A DNA stretch of 64,000 bases from Candidatus Poribacteria bacterium (GTDB lineage Bacteria; Poribacteria; WGA-4E; WGA-3G), in contig OZ251518.1 in the NCBI GenBank assembly GCA_965242965.1, forward strand, positions 4,256,001 through 4,320,000, read 5' to 3'. Positions within the stretch are counted from its first letter, which is position 1. The number at the start of each line of letters is the position of its first letter. Below the pieces are notes generated by a model. It did no database searches. It was not told the DNA's origin and was given only the letters and a program-made list of their open reading frames with translations. The translations under genes and the position numbers were made by a program. Shown one piece after another: positions 44,951-53,862 of the stretch.

Positions 44951-46639
44951 ATGCCCACACTCGATTTCAGAGGCAAACAATTTATCTACTCCCATCACCT
45001 CACCGTGCCGTTTCGCACGCTGGAAGTAGATACCACCAAATCCCTTCAAAACGCACATTTTGAAGGGGGGGTAAATCATCCTTCGTTGGATGAGAACCTC
45101 ATCATTCACGGCGATAATCTGCACGCGCTCAAGGCACTCCTCCCGAAATATGCGGGGAAGATTAAGTGTGTCTACATCGATCCGCCGTATAACACCGGCA
45201 ACGAAGGCTGGGTTTACAATGACAACGTCAACAGCCCACTGATGCAACGGTGGTTGGCGGGCAACTCGCCGATTGATGTTGAGGATTTAGAACGTCACGA
45301 CAAGTGGCTGTGCATGATGTGGCCGCGCTTGCATCTCTTGCGTGAGCTCCTCGCCGACGATGGCATGATTTTCATCTCTATTGATGACAATGAGGTGCAC
45401 CATCTCCGGGCCATCATGGATGAGATTTTTGGTGAAGCGCAGTTTGCTGCTGAATTCTTTTGGATGCGGACTGCTTCACCTGCGAATCTCTCTCGAATAG
45501 TCCGCAGGAAAATGGAGCCGCTGATCTGCTATCAGAAATCGGCGGATACGAGACTGCGCCTTTTTGCGGGATTTACGGATGGCGGTGATATGCCGTTGCT
45601 GAACGAAGCAAATACCGTCTCGACGCTTGAATTCCCCAAGGAAGCCTTTAGTATCGTGAATCTCACGGATGGCATCTATCAGCCCGGCACCTACGCACGA
45701 ATTCGGCTTGTTAAAGCCGTTGAAGTCAAAAACGGAAAGTTTCTGGCGAATCCTGTGATAGAGGGCAGGTTTAAATGGGTGCAAGAAACCCTCACACGCG
45801 AAGCTGAAATCGGGACAAAGTTCCTGATAAAGAGCGCGAAGTTTGCTGTGCGTTATGAACGCGAACACAGCGAAAGAGTGAAAACACCGGCAAACCTCAT
45901 CACGCAAAAAGAGTGTCAGGTTGGGACAAATAACGACGCAACCAAAGAACTCTCAGCGATACTAGGCAGAGGTACATTTGAATATCCCAAGCCAACGACT
46001 TTAATCAAATACCTGATTAATATGGTTTGTGACGAAAACGACATCATCCTTGATTCCTTCGCTGGCAGCGGCACTACGGCGCATGCCGTCCTCGCGCTTA
46101 ACAGAGAAGATGGCGGGAACCGCAAGTTCATCCTCATTGAGTGCGAAGATTATGCAGATAGCATCACCGCCGAACGCGTGCGGCGCGTCAGCAACGGTGT
46201 AGATATCGCTAGAGACGAAGCATTGCGGCGCGGCCTCGGCGGTGCTTTCGCCTATTGTGAACTCGGCGAACCCATTGACGAGGAAGGCATGCTCTCCGGC
46301 GAGACGCTGCCTTCCTACGAAACCTTGGCAAACTACATCGCTTACGTTGCGACAGGCAGCGCGCTTGACGTTGTTACCTTGCGAGAGGATTGCTTTTTCG
46401 GGGAGACTGAGGCGATTCGCTTTTATCTCATCTATGAACCGAACCTTGAATTTTTGGAGAGCGATGCCGCCGCGCTGGATGGCAAGCGCGCCGAACGGAT
46501 TGCGGCGCGCTGCAAAACAGCAGGGAAAAAGGCGTTCGTCTATGCGGCACACAAGTTCATCAGTCAGAAGGACTTGACACCGATGGGCATCACGTTCTGT
46601 CAACTTCCCTATGGCATCCATCAAATTGCGGACGCGTAA
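44951..46639 (+). CDS. mod: Type III restriction-modification Mod subunit (m6A methyltransferase), no adjacent Res
   Basis: NLIIHGDNLHALKAL, YIDPPYNTG, RHDKWLCMMWPRL, FISIDDNE, central TRD, FEYPKP, ILDSFAGSGTT. Confidence 0.9.
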   Translation: MPTLDFRGKQFIYSHHLTVPFRTLEVDTTKSLQNAHFEGGVNHPSLDENLIIHGDNLHALKALLPKYAGKIKCVYIDPPYNTGNEGWVYNDNVNSPLMQRWLAGNSPIDVEDLERHDKWLCMMWPRLHLLRELLADDGMIFISIDDNEVHHLRAIMDEIFGEAQFAAEFFWMRTASPANLSRIVRRKMEPLICYQKSADTRLRLFAGFTDGGDMPLLNEANTVSTLEFPKEAFSIVNLTDGIYQPGTYARIRLVKAVEVKNGKFLANPVIEGRFKWVQETLTREAEIGTKFLIKSAKFAVRYEREHSERVKTPANLITQKECQVGTNNDATKELSAILGRGTFEYPKPTTLIKYLINMVCDENDIILDSFAGSGTTAHAVLALNREDGGNRKFILIECEDYADSITAERVRRVSNGVDIARDEALRRGLGGAFAYCELGEPIDEEGMLSGETLPSYETLANYIAYVATGSALDVVTLREDCFFGETEAIRFYLIYEPNLEFLESDAAALDGKRAERIAARCKTAGKKAFVYAAHKFISQKDLTPMGITFCQLPYGIHQIADA

Positions 46640-46690
46640 ACCGAGATTTTGCGGAATTTTGGGGGCTATTGAAAAAAATATAAAAAATAG

Positions 46691-46719
46691 TTGACAAACG
46701 GCAAAAAATATGGTATAAT
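46691..46719 (+). promoter_or_regulatory. Consensus sigma70 promoter of the respiratory supercluster
   Basis: TTGACA-17 bp-TATAAT with extended -10 TG; a second ATGACA-17-TATACT lies at 46801-46829. Confidence 0.85.
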
Positions 46720-46882
46720 AATTAGCGTTGCAAGGTGGATAGATTTTTACGCGCGCTTTGCATCTTTTCATCAAACCAGAGCGAAAGTTGCAATTTTTTG
46801 ATGACATTAATTTGGGATTCGGCTATACTATCAGGAGTATCCTCATATTTTAACTTTTTCGCGTGGCAGTGCGTTTTTTCGC

Positions 46883-47404
46883 GTGCAATCGCGACGATTG
46901 GGGGCAAAAGCAGAAGTGGTATCACGACGTAAATTTTTCAAGTTTCTCGGTTGGGGAAATTTCACGGCGGCACTGGGGCTGGCTTTCGGGCCGGGGTTGG
47001 TTCGGTATCTGTATCCCCGCGTGCTGTTTGAACCGTCCTCCGTTTTCAAGGCTGGTTTCCCCGCGGAATATCCACCGGGTAGCGTGAGCGAGAAGTTCAA
47101 GAAAGAGCCGTTCGGTGTCTGGATTGTCCGCAAGGAAGACGGCGAATTCTACGCGCTGCTGACGATTTGCACGCACTTGGGCTGCACACCGCGCTGGCTC
47201 GGTTCAGAGAACAAATTCAAATGTCCGTGTCACGGTAGCGGGTTTGACCGGGACGGCATTAACTACGAAGGGCCCGCGCCGCGGCCGCTGGAACGCGTCA
47301 AAATCACGCTGGCGGAAGATGGGCAGCTGGAAATCGACAAATCTGTGAAGTTTTTGGGCGAAAAGGGGCAGTGGGGCGACCCGGGCTCCTTCCTGAAAGT
47401 CTAG
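46883..47404 (+). CDS. Rieske [2Fe-2S] subunit of a Rieske/cytochrome b complex
   Basis: Tat motif SRRKFF, CTHLGC and CPCHGS boxes, GPAPRPL; start uncertain. Confidence 0.93.
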   Translation: MQSRRLGAKAEVVSRRKFFKFLGWGNFTAALGLAFGPGLVRYLYPRVLFEPSSVFKAGFPAEYPPGSVSEKFKKEPFGVWIVRKEDGEFYALLTICTHLGCTPRWLGSENKFKCPCHGSGFDRDGINYEGPAPRPLERVKITLAEDGQLEIDKSVKFLGEKGQWGDPGSFLKV

Positions 47405-47482
47405 CGTGAGGGCGGCTGGCGTGAATGCCGCTCCCGCAGAAAGGAGACGAACCGTGTCTGGCCTCGGTCGGACGGAAGAAGC

Positions 47483-48253
47483 ATGAACGAAGAACGTAAA
47501 GGACTAAAAGAAAAGATTACGAAATCCGATATTTGGCGTTCGATATTTCGCCACGGATACGAAAATACCGGGCGACGCTACACGTTACAGGTGCTCCAGA
47601 ACGTCTGGCTGCATCTGCACCCGCCTCGGGTCTCGCGGCACGCGCTGAACTTCCGCTTTACGTGGTGCATGGGAGGAATTACCTTCCTCATGTTCCTCGT
47701 GACAGCCGTTACCGGTGTGCTGTTGATGTTCTACTACCGCCCGACGGCCGAATACGCCTTCCGCGATGTGCAGTATCTTGAATTTGACATTCCGTTCGGG
47801 ATGCTCCTGCGCAACATGCACCGCTGGGCAGCACACGGGATGGTTATCTCCGTGATGCTCCACATGTTCAGGGTGTTCCTCACCGGTTCCTACAAGAAAC
47901 CGCGAGAGTTCAATTGGGCAGTCGGAGTCATTTTGCTGCTCGTCACATTTTTCCTGAGTTTCACCGGCTACCTGCTGCCCTGGGACCAGCTCGCCTTTTG
48001 GGCAGTGACGGTAGGCACCAACATGGCGCGCGCAACGCCGGGGCTAGGACATGAGGGGCCGTTCGCACCAGAGATGGTGACACAAGCCAACGATGTCCGA
48101 TTCGCGCTGCTAGCCGGCACAATTGTCGGCCCGTCTACGCTGTTAAGGTTCTATATTTTGCACTGCGTCGCCGTGCCGCTGTTGGCGAGTGTTCTGATGG
48201 CATTGCACTTCTGGCGGGTGCGCAAAGATGGAGGTATCTCTGGTCCCCTGTAG
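47483..48253 (+). CDS. petB: Cytochrome b6-like N-terminal subunit (split cytochrome b)
   Basis: WCMGGITF (heme cn cysteine position), RNMHRWAAH, MLHMFRV, FTGYLLPWDQ, RFYILH..LH, C-terminal GISGPL. Confidence 0.92.
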   Translation: MNEERKGLKEKITKSDIWRSIFRHGYENTGRRYTLQVLQNVWLHLHPPRVSRHALNFRFTWCMGGITFLMFLVTAVTGVLLMFYYRPTAEYAFRDVQYLEFDIPFGMLLRNMHRWAAHGMVISVMLHMFRVFLTGSYKKPREFNWAVGVILLLVTFFLSFTGYLLPWDQLAFWAVTVGTNMARATPGLGHEGPFAPEMVTQANDVRFALLAGTIVGPSTLLRFYILHCVAVPLLASVLMALHFWRVRKDGGISGPL

Positions 48254-48303
48254 GCCGCGAGCCTACCGGGCTGCCGGGGTAAGAATCCCCATAAGGAGAG
48301 AAT

Positions 48304-49170
48304 ATGGAGCATTTTATAGTCCTTGTGACGAAACCGGATAATGTCCCTATCGTGGCCATGCTCTTCCTGGTCCCGTATTTTATGTGGCTTTCCTATAAGC
48401 AGGCACGCCAGACTGACAAGCTCGGAGTGCCATCGGATGCCGCATTAAACGACAAGGTTTACGTCTGGCCCTATCTGTGCCGGAACGAGTTTATCTGCGC
48501 GATTATCGTGATGCTGGTGCTCGGCATCTGGTCTGTCACGATTGACGCACCGCTTGAGGAACCGAGCGATCCGACGAAAACGCCGAACCCCTCCAAAGCA
48601 CCGTGGTATTTCCTCGCGCTGCAGGAAATGCTGGTATACTTTGATCCGTGGATAGCCGGTGTCGTCTTGCCGGGGTTGATTATCGCGGGACTCATCGCTA
48701 TTCCCTACATTGACATCAATCCGAAGGGGAAAGGGTACTACACGCTGAAGGAGCGTCCGTTCGCGCTAGCAGTGTTCTGTTTCGGATTCATCATTCTCTG
48801 GATTGTCCTGATGATAGTCGGAACGTTCTTGAGGGGCCCCGGCTGGAACCTTTTCGCGCCTTGGGAGAAATGGGATCCGCACCTCGTTGTGCCGTTGACG
48901 AACGTGAACTTGTCCTATCTCTTCGGCATTCGCGACGCGGCAACAGCGAACGTCTTTGGGTTTGTTGTCGTCGCCGGCTATTTCGCGCTGGGCCCGATTT
49001 TCTATTTTTGGAAGCGTGGGACGAGTCGTTTCTTGCAGGAACTGGGGCTCGTCCGATACGTCATCGTCTCCTTTCTGTTCTTGAGCATGCTGGCACTGCC
49101 AATCAAGATGGCACTGCGCTGGGGCTTGAATATCAAATACGTCTGGGTATCACCGTGGTTCAACATCTGA
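48304..49170 (+). CDS. Cytochrome b subunit IV-like protein with extra TM helices
   Basis: VWP..E, APLEEPSDP..TPNPSKAPWYF (PEWY-equivalent), IPYID. Confidence 0.88.
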   Translation: MEHFIVLVTKPDNVPIVAMLFLVPYFMWLSYKQARQTDKLGVPSDAALNDKVYVWPYLCRNEFICAIIVMLVLGIWSVTIDAPLEEPSDPTKTPNPSKAPWYFLALQEMLVYFDPWIAGVVLPGLIIAGLIAIPYIDINPKGKGYYTLKERPFALAVFCFGFIILWIVLMIVGTFLRGPGWNLFAPWEKWDPHLVVPLTNVNLSYLFGIRDAATANVFGFVVVAGYFALGPIFYFWKRGTSRFLQELGLVRYVIVSFLFLSMLALPIKMALRWGLNIKYVWVSPWFNI

Positions 49171-49273
49171 ACCCACGGTTGCGAGGCGGAGTGTCGGATT
49201 GCAAGGCGCGCCTTGTGCCGGCAACCGCCGAATAGACGAGCCGAGACGAAACATTTGGAGGTTTAAAAATTTC

Positions 49274-52200
49274 GTGAGGAACAAAAAAGAGAGCCCTGCT
49301 GAAAGCAAATCGTATGCTGCTTTGTTCTTTATACTGTCAGGCCTATTAGGGCTGGTAACCTTATGGGGGTTCTGGAGCGAGATGATCACCCGCCGCCCCT
49401 GGAAGCAGATCCAGCAGCAGTTCTATCAATACGAATACGACAAAACGCGTGCAGAATGGGAACAGGCCAAATTGGCACTGCCGGAACTTCCCCCGCGCCA
49501 AGAATCTGACCCGAGCCGGATGCGCAGTTTGAAGAATAACGTGGTGAGCGCGCAAGTCTCGCTAGACGAAGCACTGCAAGAACGGAAGTTTGAGCAGAGC
49601 AAATCCGACGCGGTGAACTACAAATATCAGCATAGCCTCCACGAGGCAAAAGCACACGGCGCAGGCGAACGCGACGCAACCGTTCAGAAATGGCAGACGA
49701 AATTGGCGGAGATGGAATCCCGAATTGAAGGCGAACTTACCGAGGCTGTATTAGTTGCAGAAGCGAACTTCGCCGATGCAAACAAGGCGTTGGCGCAGTT
49801 CTATCAGACTCACGGGGATTGGGAAACCGCGCTCAGCACCTACCTGATTGCACAGAAATATAGTCCGGCCGACGCGGATGTCGCCACCGGAATTGCCGCT
49901 GTGCAGATGGAACTGGATAAGTTGCAAGCCGCCAAGGCACAACGGGAAAATGTCGCTCGTGTTGAGGAAAAATTGGATTCACTGAGCGGCATCAAGCGCA
50001 CCTTCCTCGGCAGCCTTTTGGAAAACCCGTTCCACGAAACTCGAACTATTACGCAGTATTATCTTGAAGAGTTCGACTACACCGCCGACAGATGCGCAAC
50101 CTGCCACTTCTCCGCAGACAGAGCCGGCTACGATAAGTCCGCGCAGGAAACGTTTGAGGTAGAAGGCGATGGCGAAAACAGGGTAACCTATCAACTCAAG
50201 CACGCGAACGTCAAGGTTGGTAGCGAAAGTGTTATCATTGACGGATTTGATGCCGAGCCGGAGGAGTATACGTTAGCATCAAACGGCATCATTACCTTCG
50301 ACGATGTGGATATCTTCGGGGAAATAGAAATTGCCTACGAGACAGGCTATCGGCCCGTGCTGCAGACACATCCGCATCGCGATGTTCTCCTCGCAAAGCA
50401 TCCGGTTGACAGGTTCGGATGCACACCGTGCCACGGCGGACAGGGACAGGCACTCACGGCGAAAGCAGCGCATGCCCTCACACACGCCGAATATTGGCTC
50501 ACGCCGGTACTCGGAATGGACGAACACACCGGTAGAACCTCCGAAGAGACGCAGGGCTACATGGAGTCTAACTGTCGCCGCTGCCACGATGGCGTAATGA
50601 TGTTAGATTACACGAATCCGCACACGGACGAGCGACAGGACTACGCGCCCCATCTCACAAAAGGTCTGGCACTTTTTGAAGACTTGGGATGTCACGGATG
50701 CCATGCAGTAGAGGGGTATAGCGCGCTTGATAACATCGACAAAGTCGGGCCGTCGCTTGCCAAAGTGGGAAGCAAGGTGCAGGATACCGCGTGGCTTGAA
50801 AGTTGGATTAAGAAGCCGGAAGCGTATCTCCCCAACACCACGATGCCTAACTTCTTCCCGGCGGATGGCATGAGCCAGGTAGTCTACCTTAAAAACGGCG
50901 GAAAACGCACCGGTGTCGTCACCAAAAATGCTAACGGCATTGTTGTGAAGACAGACGATGGTTCGGAGTATCTCTATCGTGATAGTGATGTCGTTCGCAT
51001 CGTTGATGAGGTGAAATCCATCGCCGCCTACTTTGCGCAAATGCGGGACGACACGCTTGATGCATCAGCACCGGCGGTGAGCGAATCCCAACGCGCAATT
51101 GCAGCAGGCGAAGAGACGGTGAAGACGGTGGGATGTCTCTCCTGTCACGCCGTTGGAGAGCTCGGTAGCGATTTCGCGCCCGCGCTGGATAGCGTCGGCA
51201 CAAAGGTTACGGCGAGTTATCTCCGGCAGTGGATTCGCGACCCGAGAAGTTACGATGCGGATACGTCAATGCCGAGTTTGCGCCTGAGCGATACCGAACT
51301 TGACAATGTTGTTGCCTACCTGATGAGTCTGCAGAAGGCAATGCCTCACGCAGTTTCGGATTCAGTCGGTGAAGTTGACGTAGCCGAAGGCGAGGCACTC
51401 GTCAGGAGCTACGGGTGCTTCGGATGCCACGTCATCCCCGGTTTTGAGAACGAGTCAAAAGTCGGCGCAGACCTGGGTGAATTTGGCGGCAAGACAGTCG
51501 AAGAATTTGACTTCGGCGATACCGTCGACGTTGAACATAGTTGGACAGGTTGGACGCTCGGCAAAGTCACTGCCCCGCGCCGTTACCAAACACGCCGGAT
51601 TGCCTCGCGCATGCCTGTCTTCCAGATAGACGACGAGGACGCGAAGGCACTCGCCGTGCTACTGAAGAGTTTCCAATCGGCACAGTATCCTCTGAGCTAC
51701 ATTCATAATCGCACTGATAAGCTGAACCAGATCGATGCTGGACGGCGGTTGGCGAAAAAATACAACTGCACCGGATGCCACGAGATTGAAGGCGAGGGGG
51801 GCAGTTATGTTGATGTCGTCATCGCGCACGAAGGCTTGGATGCCATTAATGCGAAGCAGTTCGCACCGCCGACATTGCAAGCGGAAGGCGCGAAAGTCTA
51901 CCCGGAGTGGTTGTTTGACTTCCTCAAGCAGCCCACCGATATCCGTTATGGACTCAAAGTGCGGATGCCGACGTTTGGGCTCTCCGATGACGAGGCGACA
52001 ACCCTCGTCAAATACTTCTCTGCGTTGGACGACGAACCGTTCCCATACGAGACGCTTGAGGTGCCAGCCGTAACGCGCGCCGAATTGCGCATCGGCAAGC
52101 AGATTTTTGACGCACTGCAGTGTATCTCCTGTCACCCATCGCAAGGCGAAGACATTCCGGCAGGCAGTGACAAGGCAGGGCGGCCAGATCTGGCACTGGC

Positions 52201-52393
52201 GAAAGAGCGACTCAAAGCGGATTGGCTCATTGATTGGCTGAAGGAACCGCAGACGTTCCAGCCCGGCACGGCGATGCCGCAAGCGTGGCCCCTCGTCGGG
52301 GGACAACATATACCAGTGGACGGATACGCCGATGATGACGCAGAGAAACAGATTCGGCTCGTGCGGGATTACTTGATTTCCTTGGGACGCTAG
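49274..52393 (+). CDS. Membrane-anchored octaheme cytochrome c
   Basis: Eight CxxCH motifs: CATCH, CTPCH, CRRCH, CHGCH, CLSCH, CFGCH, CTGCH, CISCH; N-terminal TM then helical/coiled-coil region; GTG start after GGAGG. Confidence 0.9.
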   Translation: MRNKKESPAESKSYAALFFILSGLLGLVTLWGFWSEMITRRPWKQIQQQFYQYEYDKTRAEWEQAKLALPELPPRQESDPSRMRSLKNNVVSAQVSLDEALQERKFEQSKSDAVNYKYQHSLHEAKAHGAGERDATVQKWQTKLAEMESRIEGELTEAVLVAEANFADANKALAQFYQTHGDWETALSTYLIAQKYSPADADVATGIAAVQMELDKLQAAKAQRENVARVEEKLDSLSGIKRTFLGSLLENPFHETRTITQYYLEEFDYTADRCATCHFSADRAGYDKSAQETFEVEGDGENRVTYQLKHANVKVGSESVIIDGFDAEPEEYTLASNGIITFDDVDIFGEIEIAYETGYRPVLQTHPHRDVLLAKHPVDRFGCTPCHGGQGQALTAKAAHALTHAEYWLTPVLGMDEHTGRTSEETQGYMESNCRRCHDGVMMLDYTNPHTDERQDYAPHLTKGLALFEDLGCHGCHAVEGYSALDNIDKVGPSLAKVGSKVQDTAWLESWIKKPEAYLPNTTMPNFFPADGMSQVVYLKNGGKRTGVVTKNANGIVVKTDDGSEYLYRDSDVVRIVDEVKSIAAYFAQMRDDTLDASAPAVSESQRAIAAGEETVKTVGCLSCHAVGELGSDFAPALDSVGTKVTASYLRQWIRDPRSYDADTSMPSLRLSDTELDNVVAYLMSLQKAMPHAVSDSVGEVDVAEGEALVRSYGCFGCHVIPGFENESKVGADLGEFGGKTVEEFDFGDTVDVEHSWTGWTLGKVTAPRRYQTRRIASRMPVFQIDDEDAKALAVLLKSFQSAQYPLSYIHNRTDKLNQIDAGRRLAKKYNCTGCHEIEGEGGSYVDVVIAHEGLDAINAKQFAPPTLQAEGAKVYPEWLFDFLKQPTDIRYGLKVRMPTFGLSDDEATTLVKYFSALDDEPFPYETLEVPAVTRAELRIGKQIFDALQCISCHPSQGEDIPAGSDKAGRPDLALAKERLKADWLIDWLKEPQTFQPGTAMPQAWPLVGGQHIPVDGYADDDAEKQIRLVRDYLISLGR

Positions 52394-52397
52394 TGCC

Positions 52398-52754
52398 ATG
52401 AAACACCTTGCCGTTGTTATCGTCATGATTTTCGTGTGGCTCAACGGACTCATCTGGTTGGGCAAACAAGTAGACCCGAGCGCGAGGTATCAGTCGCAGG
52501 TGGAATACAAATACGCGCGATACTGCGCGGGGTGTCACGGTAACAACGGCGAGGGCAACGGCAGAATCGGCCGGTTTAAAAGGTTGGATCCGGCCGATTT
52601 GACAGATAACACCTTGTGGCAGATGCACAGCGACGAACAATTGCTTGACAGCATCAACGCCGGCAAGAACGATATGCCAGCGTTCCACTATTACCTTAAC
52701 GATGAGGAGCAGCGGGCGATTCTCGGCTATATTAAGGAGATGTTTCGCCCGTAA
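52398..52754 (+). CDS. Monoheme class I cytochrome c
   Basis: CAGCH, distal MPAF, N-terminal hydrophobic anchor. Confidence 0.9.
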   Translation: MKHLAVVIVMIFVWLNGLIWLGKQVDPSARYQSQVEYKYARYCAGCHGNNGEGNGRIGRFKRLDPADLTDNTLWQMHSDEQLLDSINAGKNDMPAFHYYLNDEEQRAILGYIKEMFRP

Positions 52755-52807
52755 ATCCGATTTTTCGAGAATTACCGACACTTTTTCGCGATTGTGGTGT
52801 TAAATTC

Positions 52808-52836
52808 TTGATTTTTCGCCGCTGTCGTGGTAAAAT
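52808..52836 (+). promoter_or_regulatory. Internal sigma70-type promoter
   Basis: TTGATT-17 bp-TAAAAT with extended -10 TG. Confidence 0.55.
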
Positions 52837-52925
52837 ATGAATGCGCGGGTGGATAAATGACATCCGCTCACAATAACGCCTCGCAGAGGCACAATGACAA
52901 CACAATGACAAGAGGAGAAATTACC

Positions 52926-53678
52926 GTGAAAATCCTAATAGCACTGCTTGTCTTGGGCATGGTTGCAAGCACCGCGTTTGCTGGCAACATCACCGGCACT
53001 GTCATGTATGACGGCGATGCACCAGAGCGGCCAATGCTGACAGCCACGAAGGACCAGCACTGCATCGATGCAGTCAAAGGCACCAAATCGGAGGCACTCG
53101 TTGTCTCAAAAGGCAAGGGAATTAAGAACGTTGTGATTTACGCGCGCGTGCGCGGTGCCAAAGCAACCGTTCCAGAGAAAAATCCTGTGATGGACCAGAA
53201 GGGGTGCAGTTATTACCCGCATGTGCTCGCCGTTGTTGCCGGTTCTACCGTGGATCTGACTTCCAGCGATCCGGTTGCACACAACGTCCACTCCCACGCG
53301 AAAAAGAACAAAGCAATAAACTTTCAGATTCCGCAGCCCGGGAAAGTCATCCCGCACAAAATCGAGAAGGCGGAGCAGATCAAGTTCACGTGTGATATCC
53401 ACTCGTGGATGACAGGCTACATCGTCGCCGTTGACAGCAACTTTTTCGCCGTGACAGGCGATAAAGACGACAAGGGTAAATGGCTGAGCTCGGACGCGTA
53501 TGAGGCATCGTCCGATAAGGGCAGCTATAATATCGCCGATGTGCCGGCCGGTAAAGTCCGGGTGGTTGCTTGGCACGAAGAGCTCGGTTCCGCGAACAAG
53601 ACCGTTGAGGTGCCTGCGAGCGGCGATATTAACGTCAACTTTACGAGTGCTGATTTTAAAAAGCGCGCGAAAAAATAG
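52926..53678 (+). CDS. Periplasmic cupredoxin-like (type 1 Cu) protein with carboxypeptidase-regulatory-like domain
   Basis: Signal peptide; DQKGC.Y.PHV, HNVH, CDIHSWM; GTG after AGGAG. Confidence 0.82.
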   Translation: MKILIALLVLGMVASTAFAGNITGTVMYDGDAPERPMLTATKDQHCIDAVKGTKSEALVVSKGKGIKNVVIYARVRGAKATVPEKNPVMDQKGCSYYPHVLAVVAGSTVDLTSSDPVAHNVHSHAKKNKAINFQIPQPGKVIPHKIEKAEQIKFTCDIHSWMTGYIVAVDSNFFAVTGDKDDKGKWLSSDAYEASSDKGSYNIADVPAGKVRVVAWHEELGSANKTVEVPASGDINVNFTSADFKKRAKK

Positions 53679-53862
53679 TGTTGTCGTTTACGATACGACA
53701 ACGACATGGCACGGCGAGGGATACGTTTTCCCTCGCCCATCGCCTGTAGGCATTTTTGTCTTGTCCTAGCTTGGCGAGGGACAGGCCCTCGCCCTACGGT
53801 TATAGGGATAGGCCCTCGCCCTACGGTTATGACGAAGGTTCATTTGGTCGAAGGAGAACACG

